From positions 160,001 through 224,000 of the forward strand of contig CAVZKL010000017.1 in NCBI GenBank assembly GCA_963775895.1: a DNA stretch of 64,000 nt, read 5' to 3'. The position numbers and the translations under genes are program-made. The DNA is from Candidatus Bathyarchaeota archaeon. GTDB taxonomy: Archaea; Thermoproteota; Bathyarchaeia; Bathyarchaeales; Bathycorpusculaceae. Below the pieces are notes generated by a model. It saw only the letters and a list, made by a program, of their open reading frames with translations. It ran no database searches and was not told where the DNA came from. Shown here in pieces: positions 51,243 through 61,395 of the stretch (its first letter is position 1; the number at the start of each line of letters is the position of its first letter).

Positions 51243-52778
51243 ACACGTACAGACAAGCGCAGTGGAATGAGCCGGTCATTTTCAACCTCGGAAAAAAGGG
51301 CAGGATAGGACACGTTCCGCCCAGAGGCTGAAGAAGAAATCAAGAGACCGTCGGCGACCTAAACAAGATCATTCCCAAGAACATGATGAGAACAGACAAG
51401 CTGAGCCTCCCAGAGCTTTCAGAGGTTGAAGTTGCACGCCACTTCTTGCGACTGTCGCAGATGAACTTCGGTGTCGACTCAGGGTTCTATCCTCTTGGGA
51501 GCTGCACCATGAAATACAACCCCAAGATCAACGATGTAATAGCAAGCTTGTCAGGATTAAAAGACACGCACCCCTATCAAGACGAAGAAACGGCACAGGG
51601 CATACTCGAGATTTTGTTCAGACTGGAAAGATGGCTGAGCGAGATCACGGGCACCGAAGAAGTTTGTTTGCAGCCTGCTGCGGGTGCTCACGGCGAACTG
51701 CTCGGCACCCTGTTGATGCATGCCTGCCTCAAAGCGAACGGCGAGTGCGAAAAAAGGACGGAAGTCATCGTCCCAGATTCTGCTCACGGAACAAACCCGG
51801 CGAGTGCTGCAATGGCAGGGTTCAAAGTGGTTGTCTTGCCATCTGATTCCGACGGCTGTATGGACGTGGACGCGCTAAAATCAACTGTCTCCGAGAAGAC
51901 GGCAGGACTGATGCTTACAAACCCAAACACTCTGGGGTTGTTTGAAAAGAACATAGAGGAAGTAGCCGAGATCGTGCATGAAGCAGGAGGCCTGCTTTAT
52001 TATGACGGCGCGAACCTCAACCCGCTTCTGGGCAAAGCCCGTCCTGGGGACATGGGGTTTGACATAGTGCACATCAACATCCACAAAACCTTCAGTACAC
52101 CTCACGGCGGCGGTGGTCCGGGAGCTGGCCCCGTCGGCGTGTCGAAAGACTTGGCGAAGTTCTTACCGATCCCTCGCGTGGTGTTTGACGGGCAAAAATA
52201 CCGCTTAGATTATGAAAGGCCACATAGCATCGGAAAGATAAGAAGCTTTTACGGAAACGTTGCAGTGCTAGTCAGAGCCTACGTTTACATACTCAGCATG
52301 GGCTTTGAAGGGCTTGAAGGAAGCAGCTGAAGTGTCAGTGCTGAACGCCAACTATGTCATGAAAAAACTGAAAGGGATCAGAGGTTTAACGCTACCGTAC
52401 GACTCAGATAAGCCAAGAAAACACGAATGCGTCATCAGTGCCAAACTGCTGAAAGACGAGACTGGCGTTTCAGCCACGAACATTGCAAAACGTCTCCTCG
52501 ACTACGGGTTACATGCACCGACCATTTACTTTCCGCAAATCGTTGACGAGGCGTTGATGATTGAACCCACGGAAACCTACGAGAAAGAGGAAATAGACAA
52601 GTTCGTTGAGGTCATCAGCAAAATCTGTCAAGAAGCGTACACGAACCCAGCCATCGTCCTGAATGCTCCGTACAACACGTCGGTTTCAAGATTGGATGAG
52701 GTCAAGGCATCACACCCCAAGACGATGACCCTTAGCTGGCGAATGTACGAGACCAAACAACGAGAAAAAGCGGAATGA
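51239..52778 (+). CDS. gcvPB: Glycine dehydrogenase subunit 2 (apparent frameshifts near 51325 and 52318; start inferred)
   Basis: '[12 protein letters not shown]', 'QPAAGAHGE', '[10 protein letters not shown]', PLP Lys '[16 protein letters not shown]', 'LMIEPTE'. Confidence 0.93.
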
Positions 52779-52828
52779 AGAGCAATACGTATATATGGAT
52801 TCTTCGGTGGTTAACTCTACCATAAAAA

Positions 52829-53143
52829 GTGTGGATGTGCTGGAGTTTGACTGAGATAGAAGACAAAGTCCGTGCATCAGTCGGTCAAGTTGTAGATCCT
52901 GAAACGGGCATGACTTTTGCAGACATGGAAATGATAACCAACGTCAAAGAGGAGTCGCCTGGCGTCGTGAAGGTTGAATTCGTACCCTCAAGTCCTTTCT
53001 GTCCTATAGCGTTCAAGTTGGCAGCAGACATCAAAGGCGCGGCGTTGAAGGTTCCAGGCGTGAAGAAAGCAATGGTTTACTGTCGCGGCCATCAAATGGA
53101 ACAACAAATAAATGAAATGACCAACAAAGATCAACAGAAATAG
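52829..53143 (+). CDS. DUF59/PaaD-like Fe-S cluster assembly protein
   Basis: 'V.DPETG', 'PSSPFCP.A'. Confidence 0.85.
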   Translation: MWMCWSLTEIEDKVRASVGQVVDPETGMTFADMEMITNVKEESPGVVKVEFVPSSPFCPIAFKLAADIKGAALKVPGVKKAMVYCRGHQMEQQINEMTNKDQQK

Positions 53144-53379
53144 CCTCATTATTTTCTCATTCTTTTGTTCAAGAAAAGCAATCAATATGCTAGTCTGTAA
53201 CAAGACCTGATATCGTCCGTGCAGTTGTTCGAAAGCACTTCGCCACTAGATGAAACAGGACGCTCGCTATGTGCGGGCAAAAAGAAGGGACTTCCGTTGA
53301 TGCTTTTGTATACAGGCAATATTCAGTGCAACTTTGCATGGCGAAGAGACATGAAAAAGACGCAGTGTTTTGATAACGC

Positions 53380-53509
53380 ATGCGCTAGTTTCGTCTTTGT
53401 CCACTACTGCGGGTTTGATGTTTGGGCTACGTTCTAGTAGCGTGTTGGCATTATCCATTGCTGAACCCGAGCCAACTGCTATGAAATCGTATGCCTTCAG
53501 ATTGGACAC
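53380..53509 (-). pseudogene. N-terminal remnant of a flavin disulfide oxidoreductase (dihydrolipoamide dehydrogenase-like)
   Basis: 'YDFIAVGSGSA...VVDKDE' FAD-binding start; homology stops before the redox CxxxxC. Confidence 0.5.
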
Positions 53510-53660
53510 CGCGCGTTGACGATTGTGATGTGGGTTCTTAAAGGCTGCTTTCGAGACGGACTGTGTCTTCTCAAACTGTTGATTGCAAATCGTTTTTTAG
53601 GGACCGAAACGCTATGATTCTTGTGAGGGAGCGTTCCTGTCCCGCAGAACAATTCTAGCC

Positions 53661-56600
53661 ATGATATCTGCTTTTGTGTTGATTGGCACGCTCACCTCCG
53701 GGTTTAGCGTTAGATTTCTCGCGTTTCCAAACGTTGCCTCAAAACTGGAATCGTCAAACTCTATCGTGCTGAAATTTGATTTCTGCACACCTGTGATTGC
53801 CGAGGATGTCGCAGGAGACTCTGTAACGATGTCTGGGCTGCCTGAGTACGGCGCTCCCGGAGAGCCTGTTTTACCCTTCAAGCTGGTCAAGGCGCTGATT
53901 CCCCAGGGAAAAGAGGCGACGCATGTTGACGTAACACCTGGTAACAGAAAAGTGCTAGGAGGCCCGTTCAAACTGGCGTACGGAAAGACCCCTATGCCCA
54001 TTTCTTCAAATGACACAGTGCTCGACAAACCGAATGAGACGATCTACGACAGCACGAATCCTTTTCCAGATTCACTGTTTTCAGACCTGTCGGAACAATA
54101 TCTAAGGGGATACAAAATACTGCTTGGGAAAATAAATCCAGTCCAGTACGTTCCAAGAACGGGCGAATTGTACTGTTTTGAAACGATAACCCTCACGGTG
54201 ACTCTGAAAGAGACCGGTGATGTGTCTCCATTCTTCAGAAATCTTCCTGAGGACAGAGAGCTGGCTCTGAGCATGCTTGATAATAGTGAAGCAGCGGGAA
54301 CGTACTCTCAGACTTCTACGAGTATGCGCGCTACTTCGACTCTGTCCTCAAATCATTATGATTACGTGCTGATAACCAGCAACGCTCTCCGCTCTTCATT
54401 TCAACCACTGGTGGATTGGAGAAACCAGAATGGACTGAACGCAACCATCGTGCTAATTGAAGACATCATGAAGAACCCAAATTACAACTCTAACGGACAG
54501 TTCGGTGACGGATCTGGCAGCCCAAAGTTCAATGATACCCAAGCTTACATCAGAAATTTCATAAAGGATGCATATGCAAACTGGGGAACCGAATACGTCC
54601 TGTTAGGCGGCGGTGACGACATTATCCCTGCGAGAGGAGTGTACGACTACGCCGGTGACTACAGCGGAAACTACACTGACTACAACATTCCATGTGACAT
54701 GTACTACGGAGCTCTGGATGGGAGTTGGGATACGAATAATGACACGACATTCGGAGAAGCCATCTATCACTCAACAGGTCCTCAGAACGGAACGGCTGGA
54801 GAGGAAGCGGATTTCTTCGCAGAAGTGTACGTCGGCAGAGCCCCTGTCGACACTGCGCAGGAAGCAACAAATTTCGTTGACAAAACAATAGCGTACGAAC
54901 AATCAACTCAAACGGCTTACCTAAAGAAAGATCTGCTAATAGGCACAAAACTCGACGACATCACCGAGGGCGGAGATGGACTTGACGCCGTCACAGACTT
55001 GGTACCTCAATACACGGCTACGAGACTGTACTCAAGAGATGGAACGTTTAACAGCCTCGCTGTAATCGGCGAAATGAACGCTGGCACGCACGTTGTAATC
55101 AATGATGGACATTCAAACTACCAGACAGTAATGGGATTGTCCATTTCGGACGTTGACAACTTGAACAACACCGAGTACTTCTTTGCTTACAGCCTAGGCT
55201 GCTACTCGGCCGCCTTCGACCAGGCCACGAGTGGAGCCCAAGGGGCCATTGCCGAGCACTTTGTTTTCAGCTCACACGGCGCTTTTGCTTACATAGGCAA
55301 TTCAAGATACGGTTGGTATTGTTCAGGCTCTCTCGACGGGCCAGGAGAACGATATGAAAGATCATTTTTCTCAGTGCTCAACAGTGGAACAAGAAACTTG
55401 GGAAAGGCTTTGCAGCTCTCAAAAGAGGAGGAACCGATACTTGACAGGTGGACTTACTTCGACCTTAATTTGCTCGGAGACCCCGCAACCCAAATAGTCA
55501 CGCAGTTCAGTGCACCAACAGCTCATCTTCAAACCAGGACAGACTTGCTTGCTCCGCCCCGAGTCGGTGGACTCGCGGAGATCCTAGGTACAGGAAGACG
55601 TGGCACAGCGACTGGCGCGACTTTCAGCAATTTCACGATCGATTTTGGTCTCGGAACAGCTCCGACGTCTTGGGCGACTACTGGAATCAGTCTAGTCAAT
55701 GGCGGCGCGAGCGAGGTTGTAAACGGAACTTTGGCAACGTGGAACACACAATTAATTGCACAAAACACTTACACGCTCAGACTGACCGTTTACGATGCAA
55801 ACGGATCCATTGGGCTGGACAGGCAGATAGTCCAGGTCAGCACAAACTCGCTTCCAGCACACATTAGAGCTGACGGGAGCGTCGATCCGCCCACTGCCCC
55901 AATTCAGCGTAACGGAAACCTGTATACATTAACTGGCAACATCTATAGCGACAGTGAAGGAATCATGATTGAAAGAAACAGCACTGTTCTAGACGGAGCA
56001 GGCTACGCTATTCAAGGCAGTGGAGGAGGAGGAGCTGGAATATACTTGTCAGGAATGAACAATATCACAGTCAAGAACATAGCGATCGAAGCACACCTGT
56101 ACGGCGTCTACATGCAACAATGCTCCAACAACACAATTCTTGAAAGCAACATACAGAACAACACCCACGGCATATTCCTTTTAGAATCTTCGAACAACAG
56201 CATGATGAAAAACAACGTGACAAACAATTACGACGGCATAAGCTTGCTGTCCTTCTCGAACAACAACAGCATAACGATGTGCAGAATAACAGGCAACAAT
56301 GGCAACCTTGGAAACGGCCTCTACTTCTACATGTCGTCAAACAACCTCATTTACCACAACATGTTTGCCGCTAACAGAATCCCAGTCTACGATGGTGCAT
56401 GGGACTGTGCTGATCCCGAACTCATTTCTCCGTCAATTAACACGTGGGACAATGGCTACCCGTCAGGTGGGAACTACTGGGACGACTACAATGGCGTTGA
56501 CCAGTACAAAGGACCGTACCAGAACCTAACAGGAAGCGACGGGATAGGAGACAGCGCTTACGTGATTGATATGAACAATAGAGACCACTTTCCGTTAACG

Positions 56601-57137
56601 AGCTTCTACCAGCCTGACCACGACGTGGCTGTCACGGATATTATGCCTCTGAAGACCGTCGGCGGACAAGGTTACTGCGTCAACGTGAGCGTAACTATCA
56701 GAAATTATGGCACATTTGACGAGAGCTTCAACCTGTCAGTTTTTGCGAACTCAACTGTCATAAACCGAACGGGAACAATCCTAAGAGCCGCAAACGCAGC
56801 CGTGATGATCTTTACATGGAACACATCTGGTTTTGCATATGGAAACTGGAGCATAAAAGTCGTGGCTGACACGGTACCAGGAGAGACAAACACGACCAAT
56901 AATGTGATGATTGCAGTGTTGCTCATTCACGTTGGCTATGCCGGAGACGTTTCAGGCGCGACGCCAGGAGCCTATGATGGCGTGGTCAACATGAAAGACG
57001 TAGCCTACATGATCATGCTGTTCAACTCCAAACAAGGAGCACACAATTGGAGTCCGAACGCGGATGTCAACAATGACGGTGTCGTCAACATGCGGGACGT
57101 AGCTATAGCCATAAGCAACTTCAACAAGCATGAGTAG
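53661..57137 (+). CDS. Secreted C25 (gingipain-like) cysteine peptidase with beta-helix (NosD-like), CARDB and dockerin-like domains
   Basis: Propeptide 'PGEP.LP'; 'EYVLLGG', 'VGRAP', catalytic 'GHS' and 'GC..AAF', 'LLGDP'; Asn-rich beta-helix; 'SGGNYW.DY'; two 'D.N.DG.VNM.D' EF-like repeats. Confidence 0.9.
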   Translation: MISAFVLIGTLTSGFSVRFLAFPNVASKLESSNSIVLKFDFCTPVIAEDVAGDSVTMSGLPEYGAPGEPVLPFKLVKALIPQGKEATHVDVTPGNRKVLGGPFKLAYGKTPMPISSNDTVLDKPNETIYDSTNPFPDSLFSDLSEQYLRGYKILLGKINPVQYVPRTGELYCFETITLTVTLKETGDVSPFFRNLPEDRELALSMLDNSEAAGTYSQTSTSMRATSTLSSNHYDYVLITSNALRSSFQPLVDWRNQNGLNATIVLIEDIMKNPNYNSNGQFGDGSGSPKFNDTQAYIRNFIKDAYANWGTEYVLLGGGDDIIPARGVYDYAGDYSGNYTDYNIPCDMYYGALDGSWDTNNDTTFGEAIYHSTGPQNGTAGEEADFFAEVYVGRAPVDTAQEATNFVDKTIAYEQSTQTAYLKKDLLIGTKLDDITEGGDGLDAVTDLVPQYTATRLYSRDGTFNSLAVIGEMNAGTHVVINDGHSNYQTVMGLSISDVDNLNNTEYFFAYSLGCYSAAFDQATSGAQGAIAEHFVFSSHGAFAYIGNSRYGWYCSGSLDGPGERYERSFFSVLNSGTRNLGKALQLSKEEEPILDRWTYFDLNLLGDPATQIVTQFSAPTAHLQTRTDLLAPPRVGGLAEILGTGRRGTATGATFSNFTIDFGLGTAPTSWATTGISLVNGGASEVVNGTLATWNTQLIAQNTYTLRLTVYDANGSIGLDRQIVQVSTNSLPAHIRADGSVDPPTAPIQRNGNLYTLTGNIYSDSEGIMIERNSTVLDGAGYAIQGSGGGGAGIYLSGMNNITVKNIAIEAHLYGVYMQQCSNNTILESNIQNNTHGIFLLESSNNSMMKNNVTNNYDGISLLSFSNNNSITMCRITGNNGNLGNGLYFYMSSNNLIYHNMFAANRIPVYDGAWDCADPELISPSINTWDNGYPSGGNYWDDYNGVDQYKGPYQNLTGSDGIGDSAYVIDMNNRDHFPLTSFYQPDHDVAVTDIMPLKTVGGQGYCVNVSVTIRNYGTFDESFNLSVFANSTVINRTGTILRAANAAVMIFTWNTSGFAYGNWSIKVVADTVPGETNTTNNVMIAVLLIHVGYAGDVSGATPGAYDGVVNMKDVAYMIMLFNSKQGAHNWSPNADVNNDGVVNMRDVAIAISNFNKHE

Positions 57138-57286
57138 AACGAGCGTCTTTTCAGGAAAACTGGAAATTTCGTAAGCCTCAAAACGTCAAATTGTAGTGCT
57201 CAAAGGCAAGTCTGCTTTACCAAAAGCCTTAAGTGTGGTCGTAATGTTATGGTTGAATCGTCGAAAAAATAGGATGTTGAATAAGA

Positions 57287-57787
57287 TTGGCAGTGGAAGG
57301 TTTTACAGGAGCTAGACAACCCGTAGACGCAAAAGTAGGCGAACTGAACCCCTCTTCAAGAGCTGTGAACGTGCTCGCAAAAGTCTTATCCAGAAGCGAA
57401 GTCAGAAACGTTGCTGCTGGAAGAGACGGAGAACCGCACAAAGTCAGCGACGCACTGGTTGGAGACGAAACAGGATGCATATACTTAACTCTCTGGGATG
57501 ACAATATCGAAAAGGTCCACGACGGTGACACAGTAACCGTCAAGAATGGTTACATAAACCTTTTCAGAGGCAACATGCGCTTGAACGTTGGACGATATGG
57601 AACTCTGGAAATCGCTGAAACACCCCTCGCAGGAGATGTGAACACCGAAAACAACGTGTCAACGCAGGTGTACGAACAACCCAGAAGACCGTTCAGAGGC
57701 GGCCGAGGAGACTTCGGCGGCGGAAGACGGGATTTCGGCGGACGAGACAGAGACAGAAGAGGCGGCTACAGACCGAGACGCTACTAG
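57287..57787 (+). CDS. ssb: Single OB-fold single-stranded DNA-binding protein with Arg/Gly-rich tail
   Basis: 'VGDETG.I.LTLW', 'GD.V.VKNGY..LF.G...LNVGRYG'; RGG/RD tail. Confidence 0.9.
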   Translation: MAVEGFTGARQPVDAKVGELNPSSRAVNVLAKVLSRSEVRNVAAGRDGEPHKVSDALVGDETGCIYLTLWDDNIEKVHDGDTVTVKNGYINLFRGNMRLNVGRYGTLEIAETPLAGDVNTENNVSTQVYEQPRRPFRGGRGDFGGGRRDFGGRDRDRRGGYRPRRY

Positions 57788-57968
57788 AAACGCCTCCCGT
57801 CTGAAGTACTTACCCCACTATTTTCTTCTCCCTCTACAAGAAAGAGTATCCTCTATTCTGAATCCGAAGGATCAAAACGTTCAGCATGTATCTTCCAGCA
57901 ACGGCTACCGCAACGTTTAAAGGCTGTGCGCTAAGAACAACAACATTCCACGCAAGGAGAAAAGTTGA

Positions 57969-59354
57969 ATGTCTAAATCAGGAAACAAAGAAGTGAAACC
58001 CACAGTTGAAGAACTTCTCGCAAAAGCCAAAAAACCCGCGATGCTAGCATCACCATTACACAGGTTCTATGAAGGAAAAGTCCAAGTAATGCCAAAATGC
58101 GCAGTGACAAGTGCCAAAGACTTCGCAATATGGTACACCCCAGGCGTCGCAACGCCATGCAAAGAAATCCAAGCCGACGTTGAGAAGTCCTTTGAACTTA
58201 CCAACCGCTGGAACTACGTTGCGGTCGTCTCAGACGGAACACGTGTCTTGGGATTGGGTGACATAGGCCCAGAAGCGGCGTTGCCCGTCATGGAAGGGAA
58301 AGCTCTTCTTTTCAAATACCTCGGCGGTGTTGACGCTTTCCCGATATGCGTCAGGACAAAAGACCCTAATGAAATAGTGAGACTCTGTGAGTTGATTGAA
58401 CCGACATTCGGCGGCATTAACCTTGAGGACATAGAGAAGCCGAAATGCTTCCAAGTGCTTGAAAAAGCACGAGAGAAACTCAGAATTCCAGTGTGGCACG
58501 ATGACCAGCAGGGAACGGCCACCGTGATACTCGCAGGACTCATGAACGCGTTCAAGATAGTTGGTAAAAACCCGAAGAAAACCATAATAACACTAGTTGG
58601 CGCCGGATCAGCAAATTTACGCACTGCTTACGTACTGATAAGATGGGGAGTGAAACCCGGCAACATACTCTTAGTCGACACGAAAGGACTCGTGTACCCG
58701 GGCAGAAAGGACATTACACAGAAGGACGATCCGTGGAAATACGAATTGGCACAGAAGACGAACGGGGAAAACAGAACCGGAGACATAGCCGCAGCTTTCA
58801 AGGGTGTCGACGCTGTGGTTGCAGCTTCGAAGCCTGGTCCAGGCACGATAAAGAAGGAATGGATAAAGACGATGGCAGACGACGCTGTGGTGTTCGCGTG
58901 CGCTAACCCGATCCCCGAGATATGGCCGTGGGAGGCCGAAGAAGGAGGGGCGCGGATAGTCGCCACAGGACGAAGCGACTTTCCAAACCAAGTGAACAAC
59001 AGTTTGGGGTTTCCAGGCATATTCCGTGGAGTTCTCGATGTAAAGGCAAAAACGGTCACTGATGATATGTGCATTGCCGCCGCAGAAGAACTCGCCAGAT
59101 TCGCTGAAGAACGGGGAATGCATGAAAAAGACATACTGCCCCGCATGGAAGAATGGGAAGTGTTTCCACGTGAAGCCGTCGCATGCGCCCTGAAATCGAT
59201 TGACCAAGGGGTTGCCAGAGTAAAACCCAGTAAGAACGAACTCTACGAGAGGGCAAAGTCGATAATTCAGAACGCCCGCGAATCGCTCAATGCGTTGATG
59301 AAACAAGGACTCATCAAACCAATGCCGCCAGAAGACAAAATTCTCGGCAAGTAG
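57969..59354 (+). CDS. mae: NAD(P)-dependent malic enzyme
   Basis: 'YTPGVA', 'SDGTRVLGLGDIG', 'MEGKA', 'NLEDI', 'HDDQQGT', 'ANPIPE', 'TGRSDFPNQVNN'. Confidence 0.95.
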   Translation: MSKSGNKEVKPTVEELLAKAKKPAMLASPLHRFYEGKVQVMPKCAVTSAKDFAIWYTPGVATPCKEIQADVEKSFELTNRWNYVAVVSDGTRVLGLGDIGPEAALPVMEGKALLFKYLGGVDAFPICVRTKDPNEIVRLCELIEPTFGGINLEDIEKPKCFQVLEKAREKLRIPVWHDDQQGTATVILAGLMNAFKIVGKNPKKTIITLVGAGSANLRTAYVLIRWGVKPGNILLVDTKGLVYPGRKDITQKDDPWKYELAQKTNGENRTGDIAAAFKGVDAVVAASKPGPGTIKKEWIKTMADDAVVFACANPIPEIWPWEAEEGGARIVATGRSDFPNQVNNSLGFPGIFRGVLDVKAKTVTDDMCIAAAEELARFAEERGMHEKDILPRMEEWEVFPREAVACALKSIDQGVARVKPSKNELYERAKSIIQNARESLNALMKQGLIKPMPPEDKILGK

Positions 59355-59467
59355 AGCGCACAAATGACGCATAGGCACAAACAAAGCTAAACCCTCTTTT
59401 TTTTGCTTCGCGATTGTAGAAAATTATTTAAAGAGTTCCATAGAAGATAGATACGGGAGAAAACAAC

Positions 59468-59968
59468 ATGCGTTCAGACTACGCGTTGTACGCAGTGGCA
59501 ATAATATGCCTGATCATAACTATCGCTGTAGCCGCCTACGCAACTATGAGTGCACCAAGTCAAAATCTCTGGATAATAGTACCTGCAGTTTTTGCTCTCG
59601 CCTTCATTGGGATAGGTTATACTCAAAGGCCTAGAGAAGAGGCAACCGTACATCCCATTGTCGCTCCACCTCCGCCACCTCCGAAACAACCAACGCCATT
59701 GGCAACAAGAACCACAGAAGTTGTGCAGGAGACAAAAGTAGAACCTTTGCCAGCACCAGTAGTCGAAGTCAAACCTCTATCCCTAGGACTCTTGGACGTA
59801 AAGGGAATAAAAGACAAACGTGCACAGCAACTGAAAGCAATAGGAATAAGCACGGTTGAAGACTTGGCAAAAGCCTCACCACAAGACTTGGCTGCAAAGC
59901 TGAAGATAGCCCCGTATTTCACTGGACAATGGATAGAAAACGCCAAGAAACTTGTTCAGAAGTCCTGA
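59468..59968 (+). CDS. Membrane-anchored helix-hairpin-helix (DUF4332-like) protein
   Basis: 2 TM helices, Pro-rich linker, 'L.DVKGI....A.QL.AIGI.TVEDLA...W...A'. Confidence 0.75.
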   Translation: MRSDYALYAVAIICLIITIAVAAYATMSAPSQNLWIIVPAVFALAFIGIGYTQRPREEATVHPIVAPPPPPPKQPTPLATRTTEVVQETKVEPLPAPVVEVKPLSLGLLDVKGIKDKRAQQLKAIGISTVEDLAKASPQDLAAKLKIAPYFTGQWIENAKKLVQKS

Positions 59969-60130
59969 GAAAGGTTCGGAAGAAAAGCTCTCGACGCGAA
60001 GCAATCCAGATTCCTACTTAATGGCATCTCGAAGTGCAAACTCGCAACCTGAACAGCCGTGGCTTCATTGAGCCAAAGTTCCCCTTTTTCAAATGAATCG
60101 TTTGGGCAGATTCGCCCGTGTGTATGTTTT

Positions 60131-60391
60131 CTATATAGAAATTCTCACTATGTTTCTTCTCTCTAGCCTTTTCAGCGCATCCAAAAATTCGCTCTTTTTC
60201 TTGCCAGTGAGTTTGAAATCTTGAATCATATCCCCCACAGGCATCCTAGGATCGCCCAGACCTGCATTTCGTCGATAGAGGTTCCTGACTATCGACCTCT
60301 CAAGCTTGCCGCACCTCCAAGTGGTGTTACGTATCAGAATCACGATGGCTCTGACGAGCTTCTGCGTGTCACTACTGCTCTTTCCAGGCAA
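60131..60391 (-). CDS. small basic hypothetical protein
   Basis: 86-aa ORF ending 'EFLDALKRLERRNIVRI' (HTH-like). Confidence 0.55.
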   Translation of the reverse strand: MPGKSSSDTQKLVRAIVILIRNTTWRCGKLERSIVRNLYRRNAGLGDPRMPVGDMIQDFKLTGKKKSEFLDALKRLERRNIVRISI

Positions 60392-60476
60392 TTTTCTTCA
60401 CAGCTACATCAGAATTATGTGGACAGAAGCCTTTTAGGGTTTGCGTTGCTAAACAGGTTTACGCAAGTGATAGTCA

Positions 60477-60902
60477 ATGCTCACAGGAAGAGTAGAAAAG
60501 ATACATTTCACCCGTTTCAATGAAGACGACGACCTGATTGAATCAGTAAAGAGAGCAGCCGAAGAAAAATCCATCAAAGCAGGAGCCTTCTTCATCATAG
60601 GAGCGTTGAAACACGTAGTTGTAGGACATTACAAAGAAAGAAAATACACTACTATCAAGTTGAACGGACACTTCGAAATAGTTTCATGCACTGGGAACAT
60701 AGCTCTCGATGAAGAAAAACAGACAATCGTTCACGCACACATCGTTGTCTCAAACGAGAAGGGTGAGACTTTTGGCGGCCACTTGTTTCAAGGAAACTGC
60801 GTGGGTCCAACAGCGGAGCTTGTAATGTTCGAAGCCGAGGACGTTAGCCTTTTAAAAGTCTATGATGAGGCGACTAACCTCAAACTCTTGAAACTAAGTT
60901 AG
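60477..60902 (+). CDS. PPC/DUF296 domain protein
   Basis: 'IGAL', 'EIVS..GNI', 'HAHIV', 'GGHL..G', 'T.E'. Confidence 0.9.
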   Translation: MLTGRVEKIHFTRFNEDDDLIESVKRAAEEKSIKAGAFFIIGALKHVVVGHYKERKYTTIKLNGHFEIVSCTGNIALDEEKQTIVHAHIVVSNEKGETFGGHLFQGNCVGPTAELVMFEAEDVSLLKVYDEATNLKLLKLS

Positions 60903-61346
60903 AGTTTTCTTCAGGCATATCCCATGAGCTTTGCCATAATAATGATCAAGCTTGCCGATGACTCTGTAGCCTAGCCGCAAATAGAGTCGGATTGCAGGTG
61001 CATTATCTTCTCTTACTTCCAAGTATAATGCCTCAACAGATTTCTTGGAAAAGATTTTCTCGATTTCATTCATCAATAGTCGCCCAAACCCTCTACGGCG
61101 ATACGACGGAACCACATCTACGGTCAACACGTGGCCATAGAACGCTTTTTTATCGACGTATATGATGCCAATGACGAATCCTACAATTTTGCCTTCCACG
61201 CGAGCAACAAGACTCACGGTGTTGTAGTCATCGAGCAATTGAGAAATCTGTTCGTTAGTGAACGCTTCCTCGTCGAAGCATTCCTTCTCGATTTCGTACA
61301 GTCTTTTCAGGTCTTTGGATCTTGCGTCTTCAAGTACTGCTACCAT
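60894..61346 (-). CDS. rimI: RimI/Ard1-like N-acetyltransferase
   Basis: 'V.V.P.YRRRG.G', 'LEVREDN..AI.LY...GY', 'YY'. Confidence 0.88.
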   Translation of the reverse strand: MVAVLEDARSKDLKRLYEIEKECFDEEAFTNEQISQLLDDYNTVSLVARVEGKIVGFVIGIIYVDKKAFYGHVLTVDVVPSYRRRGFGRLLMNEIEKIFSKKSVEALYLEVREDNAPAIRLYLRLGYRVIGKLDHYYGKAHGICLKKTLT

Positions 61347-61395
61347 AACATACTATCCTCAGACTGTTTCCAAGAGAGAACTTGGGCCTCGTTCC

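Noticed and set aside
4541-52330. Programmed ribosomal frameshifting or genome decay as explanation for split genes
   Set aside because: There is no common slippery site, the genes are unrelated, and both halves are intact. Sequencing error is more parsimonious.
57695-57787. Short GGC/AGA tandem repeats
   Set aside because: They encode the Arg/Gly-rich SSB tail; not a CRISPR or independent repeat.
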